Shown here one piece after another: positions 9,885-18,848 of a DNA stretch of 64,000 nt. The stretch covers positions 64,001 to 128,000 of the forward strand of contig CAWJGT010000003.1 of NCBI GenBank assembly GCA_963842525.1. Direction: 5' to 3'. A program made the position numbers and the translations under genes. How positions within the stretch are numbered: position 1 is the first letter of the stretch; every line of letters starts with the position of its first letter. The notes below the pieces were generated by a model. It did not search any database. It was not told the DNA's origin and saw only the letters and a list, made by a program, of their open reading frames with translations. The stretch is from an uncultured Holophagales bacterium (GTDB lineage Bacteria; Acidobacteriota; Thermoanaerobaculia; Multivoradales; UBA5704).

Positions 9885-10108
9885 TCGCCAGCCTGCTTTG
9901 GGCGGCCGCGGCTTCCCGGTCGATTAAAACCCTACGTTCGGCCTGGCCGGCACGTTGGGCCGAGTGGTCAGCCAGCTCCAGGCCAGTCCCTGCTTGAGGA
10001 ACCGAGGTCCATAAGAAGCTCAGGATGAGGTTGGGCGGCAGGGCAGCATGCAGATCGAGGCTGAAGAATGCCTACGCCCCTTCGGCTTCCGGAAAATTTG
10101 GGGTCGCA

Positions 10109-10128
10109 CCTGGCGCTGAAGCGCCAGG
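10109..10128. repeat. Short palindrome CCTGGCGCTGAAGCGCCAGG (REP-like; related CCTGGGGTTTCAACCCCAGG near 37105)
   Basis: Hairpin with a similar arm design at two intergenic sites. Confidence 0.55.
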
Positions 10129-10130
10129 CT

Positions 10131-10307
10131 TTACGCCCATGCCCCTTCGGCAAGCCGGCCCTCAGGGTCCTCCGCATCCCCGAGGACGCACTCCAGGCGG
10201 GCGACAGGACGCCCCCTGTCGAGGATCAGGATCGTCTCGCCGTGCCGTACCTGGTCCACCAGCGCGCTCAGGTTGTTCTTGGTCTCGGTCAGGGTGGCTC
10301 TCTTCAT
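10131..10307 (-). pseudogene. Phd/YefM-family antitoxin, apparently truncated and without a toxin
   Basis: MKRATLTETKNNLSALVDQVRHGETILILDRGRPVARL is a typical Phd N-terminus; it ends after 58 aa next to the palindrome. Confidence 0.65.
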
Positions 10308-10351
10308 ATGGCTAGAATAGCCACGACGCTCCCCCCAAGGCAAGCCGTCGC

Positions 10352-12172
10352 TCACTCCCCTGGCAGCTCCAGCGTAAACACGGTCCCCTTGGGGACGTTG
10401 TCCTCGACGCGGATCGTGCCGTTGTGTTCGGTCACGATGCGGTGGACGATGGAGAGGCCCAGGCCGGTGCCGCGGCCTTTGGTGGAGTAGTAAGGGAGGA
10501 AGAGCTTGTCCCTGGCCGCGAGAGGGATGCCCTTGCCGGTGTCGGCCACACGGAGCTCCAGGTGCCCGTTGTCGCGCCGGGCCGCCACCGTGACCCGGCC
10601 CGGCGCCTGGGTCGCTTCGACGGCGTTGTCCAGCAGGTTGATGAGCGCGCGGCGGATCTGCTCGCCGTCCAGCAGGACCGTCGAGAGCGCCGGGTCGACC
10701 TCGGCCGCGACCTCGACGCCGGGTTTCACGTTGCGGTAGAGGTTGAGCGTGTCGCCCACCAGGCGGGAGAGGTCCACCAGGCTGGGCCGCGGCCGGGGCA
10801 TGCGGGCGTAGCGCGAGAACTCGTCGACCATCTCCTGGAGGTTGACCACCTCGCGGACGATGACGTCGACTCCCTGCTCGACCGCCGCGCCCAGGCCTGG
10901 ATCCCCCTGCTGGTGCTTCATGAGCATCCGCTCGGCCGCCAGGCGGATCGGGGTGAGCGGGTTCTTGATCTCGTGCGCGATGCGCCGCGCCGCCTCGTTC
11001 CAGGCCGCGAGCTGTTGTGCCTTGAGCAGCTCCTGGCTGCTCCGTTCGAGCTGCAGCTTGTTGCTCTCCAGCTCCTCGGTCATGCGGTTGAACGACTCCA
11101 CCAGCACCCCGAGCTCGTCGTCGGCCTCGATCTCGACCCGGTGGGAGAGGTCTCCATCGGTGATCTTCCGTGTCCCGTCGGCCAGGGCCTGGATCGGCAC
11201 GGTCACCCGCCGCGCCAGGTAGAGCCCGACCCAGGAGGAGGCGAGAAGGATCAGCAGGGTCACCATCAGGAAGATCAGCATGTGGCTCGCCCGCAGGTCA
11301 TCCTTCTGGACCTCGAGCTGGCGATAGGTCTGGTACTCCTGCACCAACTGCTCGCGCTTGCGGGCAAGCTCCGCGGGGATGAGGCGGCCGGTGACGACGA
11401 TCACCCGGGGCGTGCCGGCCGACGTGACCGCGGTCAAGGCCAGGGGTCCGGGGAGGCCGGGGAGGTTTTCGACGCGCGCCACCGTGCCCTTGTCCAGAGC
11501 TTCGGCGAGGAAGTCGCGGTCGATCTCGGGAAGGTCGGTCATCCCGGACAGCGACCTCATGACAGCATGCACGAACTCGGTCCCTTCATAGACTGCCAGG
11601 AGGTCCAGGTCCAGGTCTGCGAGCAGCTCCTTCGCGCGGCGGGTCAGCCGGGGCCGCTCGTCCGCCCGCACGAGGTCGATTCCTTGGATCTGCGCCAGGG
11701 TCAGCCGGGCATCGCGCAGGCCGGTCCGCTCGATCTGGTCATAGAGGCCCTGCGCCACCGCGTTGCCGCGTTCGAGCACCGGCGCCAGCGGCGTGCTGAA
11801 CCAGCGGTCGATCGAGCCCTGGAGCAGCTCGGTGGCGATGGCGAAGAGGAGGAGGACAGGGATCAGCGACAGGCCGACATAGGTGGCGACGAGCTTGAGC
11901 TTGAACGTCGAGCCGAGGATGCGGTGCCGGCGCTCGATGATCAGCTTGAAGACGTTGCGCAGCAGGACGAAGAGGATGGTCAGGATCAGGACGGCGTTGG
12001 CGTACGAGAGAGCGAACAGCAGCACGCGGTTGGCCAGCAGGGCCTCGGGGAGGTCGCGGCCCCGCTGGAGGAGATAGAAGATGGCGGTGAAGACCAGCAG
12101 CAGGACGAACAGGCCGGCGATGATCAGCCGGTGGTTCTTGCGGTGGCGGTTGAGCTTTTCGCGCAGGTCCAT
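10352..12172 (-). CDS. NtrY-like HAMP sensor histidine kinase
   Basis: TM segments, HAMP (GDLSHRV...DELGVLVESFNRM), H-box RRIAHEIKNPLTPI, NLLDNA, GTGLGL. Confidence 0.9.
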   Translation of the reverse strand: MDLREKLNRHRKNHRLIIAGLFVLLLVFTAIFYLLQRGRDLPEALLANRVLLFALSYANAVLILTILFVLLRNVFKLIIERRHRILGSTFKLKLVATYVGLSLIPVLLLFAIATELLQGSIDRWFSTPLAPVLERGNAVAQGLYDQIERTGLRDARLTLAQIQGIDLVRADERPRLTRRAKELLADLDLDLLAVYEGTEFVHAVMRSLSGMTDLPEIDRDFLAEALDKGTVARVENLPGLPGPLALTAVTSAGTPRVIVVTGRLIPAELARKREQLVQEYQTYRQLEVQKDDLRASHMLIFLMVTLLILLASSWVGLYLARRVTVPIQALADGTRKITDGDLSHRVEIEADDELGVLVESFNRMTEELESNKLQLERSSQELLKAQQLAAWNEAARRIAHEIKNPLTPIRLAAERMLMKHQQGDPGLGAAVEQGVDVIVREVVNLQEMVDEFSRYARMPRPRPSLVDLSRLVGDTLNLYRNVKPGVEVAAEVDPALSTVLLDGEQIRRALINLLDNAVEATQAPGRVTVAARRDNGHLELRVADTGKGIPLAARDKLFLPYYSTKGRGTGLGLSIVHRIVTEHNGTIRVEDNVPKGTVFTLELPGE

Positions 12173-12183
12173 GGCCGGGGGCC

Positions 12184-12729
12184 TCAAGAGCCGCTGGGAG
12201 GGCGGAACTTGGGCGAGTCCTTCCAGTCGGTGGCGATGGTGACCGGGATGAACGACAGCAGGTTGCGCGAGCCGAGCTCGGCCTGCACTTTGATCAGCAG
12301 GCGGCCCTGGCGGGGGACGCCCGCGAGGTCGAAGACCGGCAGCGGGCCGATCCGGGCCATGGCCTCTTCGGCCGCCTGGCGGTCGTGCACCGTCCGGCTC
12401 TCGACCAGCTTGTCGTCGAGCTTGACGTGGATGCTGTAGGTCCGGGCGACCGCGTCATGGACCGCCACCACCTCGAGGGTGCTGGCCTCGAGCCGGCGGT
12501 CGTACCAGCGCTTGCGGTCGCGGTGCAGCTCGAGGCGGTAGAGGATGGAGGTGGGCAGGCCGCTGTCGAGCCGCTGCGCCAGGCGCCGGTCGAACGCGTC
12601 GCGCAGGGTGAAGGCGGCGAGCACCCGGTCGCCGTCGAGGGACACCTTGATGTCGGAGATCCGGGCCTCGGCGGCCCGCGCCCCGGAGGCCGCGAGCAGC
12701 AGAAAAAGTAGCGCCAGGGCGGGTCTCAT
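12184..12729 (-). CDS. DUF4390-like exported protein
   Basis: Signal peptide MRPALALLFLLLAASGARA and LDSGLP...YRLEL; usual position upstream of ntrY. Confidence 0.7.
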   Translation of the reverse strand: MRPALALLFLLLAASGARAAEARISDIKVSLDGDRVLAAFTLRDAFDRRLAQRLDSGLPTSILYRLELHRDRKRWYDRRLEASTLEVVAVHDAVARTYSIHVKLDDKLVESRTVHDRQAAEEAMARIGPLPVFDLAGVPRQGRLLIKVQAELGSRNLLSFIPVTIATDWKDSPKFRPPSGS

Positions 12730-12779
12730 CAATCCAGGCAGTGTAGCAGCACCGAGCAGCAGGTATGTAGAGGCGGCTG

Positions 12780-13268
12780 CTACGGCGTGACCGTCCCCTC
12801 CGCGGAGACCTGGAAGGCGAGCCCCGGCTCGATCCCGGTCCCCGGCGTGTCCACGATCCGGGTGAGCCGCACGTTGTTGGCGAAGACGTTCTCGGTGCTG
12901 GCGCCGGTGACGTGCGTGTCGCAGGCGTTCGGATCGCTGACGCGGATCCGGTTCTCGGTGCCGACGGGCACGTCGGTGAAGGTCAGCGTGAAGCGGTCCG
13001 GCGGCTGGACGTCGAAGACGACCAACCGGTAGCCCTGCCAGCTCGGATGGATGTGGGTCCGACCGATGCCGTTGACACACCCTGGAAACGCCGCCTGGAT
13101 GGCGGGATCGACCGTGGTGGACGAGTTGTAGACGAACTGCACGGTCGTGGTCCGCGGGGCGGTCGGACCCGGGTCGCCGCCGCCATCTCCACTGCATGCG
13201 AGCAGAGCGGAGGCGAGGACGAGGGCAGGGAGGGAGTGTCTGATCTCTCGGCGGATCTCGTATCGCAT
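12780..13268 (-). CDS. Hypothetical lipoprotein
   Basis: MRYEIRRE...LVLASALLAC lipobox followed by a Gly/Pro linker. Confidence 0.65.
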   Translation of the reverse strand: MRYEIRREIRHSLPALVLASALLACSGDGGGDPGPTAPRTTTVQFVYNSSTTVDPAIQAAFPGCVNGIGRTHIHPSWQGYRLVVFDVQPPDRFTLTFTDVPVGTENRIRVSDPNACDTHVTGASTENVFANNVRLTRIVDTPGTGIEPGLAFQVSAEGTVTP

Positions 13269-13276
13269 GGCTCGGA

Positions 13277-13663
13277 TCACCTTTCCAGTACGAAACGCTG
13301 CGGGAAGATCTCGGCGAGGCGGACCTCTTCCCGCTCTCCCTTGTCGTTGCAGGCCAGGATGGGAAGGTCTTCGGCGAACTCGACCAGGGTCTGCCGGCAG
13401 AGGCCGCAGGGACGGGACGGCGGGCTGGTGGAGGTCACCACGGCGACGGCCTGGGGCCGGCGCAGGCCGGCCGACGCCGCGGCCGACATGGCGTTGCGCT
13501 CGGCGCAGATGGAGAGCGCCGGGATGCAGTTTTCGATGTTCGCCGCGGCCCAGACCGAGCCGTCCTCCATCAGGATCGCGGCGCCGACGGGGAAGCGGCT
13601 GTAGGGCGAATACGAGCTTTCCCGCGCCTTGGCGGCCGCGGCGATCAACGGTTCCCAGTCCAT
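13277..13663 (-). CDS. cdd: Cytidine deaminase
   Basis: YSPYSRFPVGAA, NIEN, CAERNA and PCGLCRQ zinc motifs. Confidence 0.95.
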   Translation of the reverse strand: MDWEPLIAAAAKARESSYSPYSRFPVGAAILMEDGSVWAAANIENCIPALSICAERNAMSAAASAGLRRPQAVAVVTSTSPPSRPCGLCRQTLVEFAEDLPILACNDKGEREEVRLAEIFPQRFVLER

Positions 13664-13743
13664 GCGCCGGAATGTAGCACGGTGCGCGTTGTGATAGCGT
13701 ACCGCCGCGCTTTGCGCACCCGTCAACCAACGGAGATCTTCCG

Positions 13744-14673
13744 ATGCAAAATAAAGTGACCGTGGTGGGGGCCGGCAACGTCGGGGCCACCACCGCGCAG
13801 CGGATCGCCGAGGCCGAGCTGGCCGACGTCGTCATGGTCGACATCATGGGCGACCTGGCGACCGGCAAGGCGCTCGACATGATGGAGGCCGCCCCGGTCC
13901 TCGGCTTCAATGCCCGGATCTCCGGCGGCGGCGACTATGCCCCGACCGCGGGCTCGGACGTCTGCGTCGTGACCTCCGGCCTGGCTCGCAAACCTGGCAT
14001 GAGCCGGGACGACCTGCTGGCCAAGAACACCGAGATCATCCGCGAGGTGACCACGCAGCTCGTGAAGCACTCGCCGGACACGATCATCATCATGGTGACC
14101 AACCCGCTCGACGCCATGTGCGAGGTGGCGCGCCGGATCTCCGGTTTCCCCCGCGAGCGGATCTTCGGCATGGCCGGCGTGCTCGACGCCGCCCGGATGC
14201 GCTGGTTCATCGCCGACGAGCTCCGCGTCTCGGTCGAGGACGTGGACGCCTTCGTCCTCGGCGGCCACGGCGACACCATGGTGCCGCTGCCGCGCTATGC
14301 CACGGTCAACGGCATCCCGCTGCCGCAGCTCCTGGCGGCCGACCGGGTCGAGGCGATCAACGACCGGACGCGCAACGGCGGCGCCGAGATCGTCAACTAC
14401 TACAAGACGGGCTCGGCCTACTATGCGCCGTCGGCTGCGGTCTTCGACATGGTGGCGTCGATCCTCCACGACAAGAAGAAGATCCTCCCTTGCGCGGTCT
14501 ACCTGCAGGGTGAGTATGGCTACTCCGACCTCTTCGTCGGCGTGCCGTGCGTCCTCGGCCGCGGCGGCATGGAAAAGGTCATCGAGCTCGAGCTGGCCGA
14601 GGACGAGCGCGCGGCCCTCGAGCGCTCGGCCGATGCGGTGCGCGACCTGGTGAAAGGTCTGCCGAGCTTCTAG
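13744..14673 (+). CDS. mdh: Malate dehydrogenase (LDH-like)
   Basis: GAGNVG, RKPGMSRDDLL, VTNPLD, LDAAR, GGHGDTM, GSAYYAP. Confidence 0.96.
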   Translation: MQNKVTVVGAGNVGATTAQRIAEAELADVVMVDIMGDLATGKALDMMEAAPVLGFNARISGGGDYAPTAGSDVCVVTSGLARKPGMSRDDLLAKNTEIIREVTTQLVKHSPDTIIIMVTNPLDAMCEVARRISGFPRERIFGMAGVLDAARMRWFIADELRVSVEDVDAFVLGGHGDTMVPLPRYATVNGIPLPQLLAADRVEAINDRTRNGGAEIVNYYKTGSAYYAPSAAVFDMVASILHDKKKILPCAVYLQGEYGYSDLFVGVPCVLGRGGMEKVIELELAEDERAALERSADAVRDLVKGLPSF

Positions 14674-14898
14674 ACCTCACCCCCTGTCCCCCTCTCCCAT
14701 CGCCCCCCCTGCCCCCGGGAGAGGGGGGACGTGGTTCGAGCGACCGAGGCGAGGTCGAAGCAGGGTCGATGCAGGACCCGTCACCAACTACATTCGATCC
14801 CGCCGAACGGCCAATGTCCTCGCCACAATCGCCTCAGCTACGTCCCCCTCTCCCGGTCGGTGGGGGGGCAATGGGAGAGGGGGACAGGGGGTGAGGTC
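14673..14898. repeat. REP/REPIN-like inverted-repeat element, copy C
   Basis: Same arms as copies A and B with a different core; begins at the mdh stop codon. Confidence 0.9.
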
Positions 14899-14934
14899 GA
14901 AACTCCACCACGTCCTCTCCCGTACCTGATTCCG

Positions 14935-17334
14935 ATGCGGCACCGGCGCGATCTCGTTCTGTGGGTCCTGGCGGGTGTCCTGGGCGTCGGCCTGCTCGCC
15001 TGGGCCTGGCCGCGTGCCTTCCCGTTCCATCCCCGGCAGTGGTCCGTCTCCCGCGAAGAGGCGGTCGACATCGCTCTCGCGCGGCTTACCGACCTCGGCG
15101 CGCCGGTCGAGGACTCCTATGTAGTCCCCGTGCTCGCCTCTGACGCCCAGATCGAGCGCCGGCTGGCCACCCTGCCGGGATCGCCCGATCCCGAGCGGCT
15201 GCGCGCGAGCGGCCTCCCCGACCAGGTGGCCGTCTGGGAGGTCTTCGTCTACCCACCAGGAGGCCGGTGGACCGACTGGAGATACCGGGCTCAGATCTCC
15301 GTGTCCGGCGAGGTGCTCCTGCTCCGCCTCAACCTCGATCCCCAGGAGAAGGGGAATCCGATCGACCCCCAGGCGGCGCGCGACCGTGCCGCCTCCTTCC
15401 TCGCGGCGCAGGGGTTCGACCTCGGGCGCTATGGCGAGCCGGAGATCCGCAGCCAGCAGCTCGCCGCCCGCACCGACCTCACCGTGCGCTACCCCGACCG
15501 CCGTGCCCTGGTGGGGGACGGGATCACCCACGGCGTCGAGGTCGTCTTCGCCGGCGATCGCCTGGCCGGGTTCCAGCCCTGGATGCAGGACCCCAAGGAG
15601 CGGCAGGTCCAGGAGAGCCTCCAGAGCCTCCAATTTGCCGGCCTGGGCCGGCTGGTGCTCGTCTGGCTCTTCCTCGCCCTGCTGGCCGCCCCCTTCCTGA
15701 AGCGCTACCACGAGGGGGAAATCGGTGTGCGCCGGGGCGGCCAGATCTTCGTTCTGGTCGCAGGGTGCGCCCTGCTCTTCCTGCTGATGACGGCCCGCTC
15801 CGCCGGACAGGATCTCGGCCTCGGCCTGGCCACCCGCGAGCAGACGACGTGGGTCCTGTTCACCGCCCAGATCGTCTTCCGGGTCGTCCCCACCGCGCTG
15901 CTCGCCTTCTTCGCCTGGTCGGTGGGGGAGTCGATCTGCCGCGAGCGGTGGGGTCACAAGCTCGCCGCCTTCGACGCTCTGTTCCAGCGTGACTGGGCCA
16001 ACGCGACCGTGGCGCGGTCGTCGCTGCGCGGCGTGGCCGCGGGGCTCTTCCTGGCGGGCGCCTTCACCGCTCTGCTCTGGGGGATGCACGAGGCCGGAGC
16101 CACCCCCCTGGCTTCCATCGCCATGGCCAGCGCCAGCCCATGGCCCGGCCTGGAGATCGTGGCGAGCCTCCTCGCCTTCAGCCTGCCGGGCTTCCTGGTG
16201 GCATTGCTCTCGCTCCTGCCGGTGGCGGCGCGTCACCTGGGCCGGGTGCTCGGGGTCCTGGCCGCGGTGGTCCTGGGCTCGATCGTCCTCTTCCCGAACC
16301 TCCTCGCCGTGCCGCTCGTCTGGGGGCTCCTCGCCACCCTGGCCTTCGGTGTCCTGCCGGTGGTGCTCTTCCTTATCTATGACCTGTTGACCGCGCTGCT
16401 CGCCGGCTTCATGGCCCAGGGGCTGTTCTTCGCCTGGCCGCTGTTGACCGCGGGCGACAGCTCGCTGCGGGTCCAGGGCGGCCTGGCGCTGGCGGTGCTC
16501 GCGGCGCCGCTGGTGGTGAGCCTCCGTGCCCTGGGCAGCAAACGGGAATTCGTCTACCGCTACGAGGACGTGGCCCCCCACGTGCGGCGGATCGCCGAGC
16601 GCGAGCGCCAGCGGGTCGAGCTGGAGACTGCGCGGCGCATCCAGAGCTCCATCCTGCCGGAGCTCCCGCCCCGCCTGCACGGCGTGGAGATCGCCCATGC
16701 CTACCTGCCGGCGAGCGAGGTCGGGGGAGACTTCTACGACGTCCTGGCCCTGGAGGATGGGCGGCTCGCCGTGGCCGTGGGGGACGTGGCCGGGCACGGC
16801 GTCTCCTCCGGCCTCATCATGGCCATGGCCAAGTCCGCCCTCGACGTGCAGGTGACCTTCGATCCGGACGTCCGGGCGGTCTTCCACACCTTGAACCGGA
16901 TGGTCTACCAGACTGCCCGCAAGCGGCTTCTGGCCACTCTCTGCTACCTCCTTCTCGATCCGCGCCGGCGCGAGATGGTCTATGCGAGCGCCGGCCACCT
17001 GTACCCCTACCGGGTGACCTCGCGCGGCACGGTCGAGGCGCTGGAGTCGACCGCCTATCCGCTGGGGGTGCGCAGCGACCTCGAGATCGTGCCCCGCACG
17101 GCCGCTCTCGACCCGGGGGACATCCTCTTCCTGTTCAGCGACGGGCTGGTGGAGGCGCGGCCGGAGGGGCGGGACGAGGTCTTCGGCTTCGACCGCCTGG
17201 AGGAGAGCCTCGCGCGCCACGCCCACAGCGGCGTCGAGGGCCTGCGCGACGGCGTGCTCGCCGACGTGGACCGCTTCACCGGCCCGATCCCGCGCGAGGA
17301 CGACCAGACCGTCCTCGTCCTGCGGCTCCCGTAA
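14935..17334 (+). CDS. Multi-TM PP2C/SpoIIE (RsbU-like) Ser/Thr phosphatase
   Basis: ARRIQ..ILP, VGGDFYD, GDVAGHG, SAGH, FSDGLVEA, DDQT. Confidence 0.9.
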   Translation: MRHRRDLVLWVLAGVLGVGLLAWAWPRAFPFHPRQWSVSREEAVDIALARLTDLGAPVEDSYVVPVLASDAQIERRLATLPGSPDPERLRASGLPDQVAVWEVFVYPPGGRWTDWRYRAQISVSGEVLLLRLNLDPQEKGNPIDPQAARDRAASFLAAQGFDLGRYGEPEIRSQQLAARTDLTVRYPDRRALVGDGITHGVEVVFAGDRLAGFQPWMQDPKERQVQESLQSLQFAGLGRLVLVWLFLALLAAPFLKRYHEGEIGVRRGGQIFVLVAGCALLFLLMTARSAGQDLGLGLATREQTTWVLFTAQIVFRVVPTALLAFFAWSVGESICRERWGHKLAAFDALFQRDWANATVARSSLRGVAAGLFLAGAFTALLWGMHEAGATPLASIAMASASPWPGLEIVASLLAFSLPGFLVALLSLLPVAARHLGRVLGVLAAVVLGSIVLFPNLLAVPLVWGLLATLAFGVLPVVLFLIYDLLTALLAGFMAQGLFFAWPLLTAGDSSLRVQGGLALAVLAAPLVVSLRALGSKREFVYRYEDVAPHVRRIAERERQRVELETARRIQSSILPELPPRLHGVEIAHAYLPASEVGGDFYDVLALEDGRLAVAVGDVAGHGVSSGLIMAMAKSALDVQVTFDPDVRAVFHTLNRMVYQTARKRLLATLCYLLLDPRRREMVYASAGHLYPYRVTSRGTVEALESTAYPLGVRSDLEIVPRTAALDPGDILFLFSDGLVEARPEGRDEVFGFDRLEESLARHAHSGVEGLRDGVLADVDRFTGPIPREDDQTVLVLRLP

Positions 17335-17353
17335 GCCCTTTTTCCTCAGGAGA

Positions 17354-17417
17354 TTGAGGTTTTTTGAGGAAGTTTGAGCCGTTCTTTCATGACCTTTGAG
17401 AAGACTCAGGCTACTCT
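17354..17417 (+). promoter_or_regulatory. Sigma70-like promoter (ATGACC-N17-TACTCT) with phased TTGAG direct repeats, copy 1
   Basis: -35 at 17389-17394 and -10 at 17412-17417; identical hexamers and spacing in copy 2. Confidence 0.65.
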
Positions 17418-17423
17418 GTTCCT

Positions 17424-17590
17424 GTGAGTGGACGGGCGAGGCGCTGCTGGAGGTTGTCGTTCTCGTTTCCTTGTTGTTCTTGTCGTTGTCTTGGAGGGAG
17501 CAGGAGAAGCACACTGACGATCTGCTGTTGTGAGATGTCCAGGAGGATGAGCTGGAATGGAACCCGGGGGTGCCCCGGGTTTTTCTTTTT
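17424..17590 (+). ncRNA. Candidate small RNA 1 (about 165 nt)
   Basis: Lies between the promoter and the hairpin AACCCGGGG..CCCCGGGTT + T-run; low GC, no credible ORF. Confidence 0.55.
17561..17590 (+). terminator. Intrinsic terminator
   Basis: AACCCGGGGGTGCCCCGGGTTTTTCTTTTT. Confidence 0.8.
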
Positions 17591-17616
17591 GGGGCCCACC
17601 AGCAATTCAGGAGCCG

Positions 17617-17691
17617 CTGAGGTTTTTTGAGTTACTTTGAGGCTATTTTGAGGCCCCCTGTCATGACCTTTGAGAGTGGACCGGTTACTCT
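17617..17691 (+). promoter_or_regulatory. Sigma70-like promoter (ATGACC-N17-TACTCT) with phased TTGAG direct repeats, copy 2
   Basis: -35 at 17663-17668 and -10 at 17686-17691. Confidence 0.65.
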
Positions 17692-17697
17692 GCCGTT

Positions 17698-17866
17698 GTC
17701 GGGTTGAACACGAGAGAGAGGGATGTGACTTCTTGCTGCTGTCGTTCTTTGCTGGTCTGCTGGTCTGTAGGTCTGTAGTTGTCCTGGAGGGATATGATGT
17801 AACTCTGAAGTTCTGACTTCGCGAGGAGGGAACCTGCGAAGACCCGGGGATGCCCCCGGGTTTTTT
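17698..17866 (+). ncRNA. Candidate small RNA 2 (about 170 nt), paralog of RNA 1
   Basis: Shares GTCGTTCT, GTTGTCYTGGAGGGA and the terminator with copy 1. Confidence 0.55.
17842..17866 (+). terminator. Intrinsic terminator
   Basis: ACCCGGGGATGCCCCCGGGTTTTTT. Confidence 0.8.
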
Positions 17867-18299
17867 ATTTTGGTGGGATGTCGGCTGAGAGCGCAGGGAT
17901 GATGCCCGCCGCCGCCTCGACGGTCATGTGAGCTTCGCCAATCGCCCGCTGAGCGTCCTCCCGCGAGTACTGCTCCGTGGGGATGAAATCGATGTCGCCA
18001 TAAAACGAGAACTCCCGCTCCTTGCGCAGGCGGGTGGAGATCTGGGCAAGCTGCTCCAGCCGGTCTCGTTCCAAGGCTGGGAAGCGGTCCTCGAATTGCA
18101 GCAAGAACCCACCGACGTCATGCCACTTGGGAGGCTCGACTCCGACCTGCCGCAGCATGCCTTTGAGAGACAGCTCTACGATCTCCTGTGCCTCCCGGAC
18201 CACATCGGAGAAGGCTCCTTCGTCGAGCAAAACTTGAAGGATCTTCAGGCGCGACCGCGCTTTGAGAAGATAGCTCTGCGCCAGCGACAGGTTGGTCAC
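17865..18299 (-). CDS. HEPN domain protein (toxin-like)
   Basis: VREAQEIVELSLKGML...PKWHDV...RKEREFSFYG; GTG overlaps the MNT stop. Confidence 0.85.
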   Translation of the reverse strand: MTNLSLAQSYLLKARSRLKILQVLLDEGAFSDVVREAQEIVELSLKGMLRQVGVEPPKWHDVGGFLLQFEDRFPALERDRLEQLAQISTRLRKEREFSFYGDIDFIPTEQYSREDAQRAIGEAHMTVEAAAGIIPALSADIPPK

Positions 18300-18796
18300 A
18301 GCTCGAACACCTCGCCGGGACGGTAGTCGGGCTTGAGGTCCCAATACCAGGCATTGCCGAGCCAGACCCGTCGGGCCCCGAGTTGCGCGAGGCGCTCTCG
18401 GAGCCTGTCGAGCTCCCGGGCGAAGAAGCCTTCCCGGTCGAAGAGGATCCGGGAGTCTTCGGTCATATCCAGGAACAGGGGGCTACCATGGCCGGCCTCC
18501 TCGGGCGTCTTGAGGATAGGCGAAAGAGGAGGAGCGGCTCCAAGCTCGGAAAGCACAAACCTGCCGAAGCGCTTTTCGACCTCTTCGAACTCCTCGACCC
18601 GGCGCACCCGCCCGTTGGGCAGAGACTCGGAGATGAGGAGGAGGTCGATGTCGGAATCGGGCCTGGCCGTACCGCGGCCAGTAGAGCCGAAGATCACCAC
18701 GGCAATCAGCCGCTCGCCGTAAACCTCTTCACAGGCGCGAAGGAGGGCCGAGAAGACCTGCTCGAGGTTTTGCCTGGTGGGGTCAGCCAGAGTCAT
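18296..18796 (-). CDS. Minimal nucleotidyltransferase (MNT) antitoxin
   Basis: FGSTGRG...DSDIDLL motif. Confidence 0.9.
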   Translation of the reverse strand: MTLADPTRQNLEQVFSALLRACEEVYGERLIAVVIFGSTGRGTARPDSDIDLLLISESLPNGRVRRVEEFEEVEKRFGRFVLSELGAAPPLSPILKTPEEAGHGSPLFLDMTEDSRILFDREGFFARELDRLRERLAQLGARRVWLGNAWYWDLKPDYRPGEVFEL

Positions 18797-18848
18797 CGGC
18801 GGATTATCGCATGGTCCGGAGGAGCCCCGCTCGGGGCCGGGAGATCCG

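Noticed and set aside
17424-17630. Cys-rich 68-aa peptide (possible RiPP precursor)
   Set aside because: Runs through the terminator, is not conserved in the second cassette, and the Cys content arises from UG-rich low-complexity sequence.
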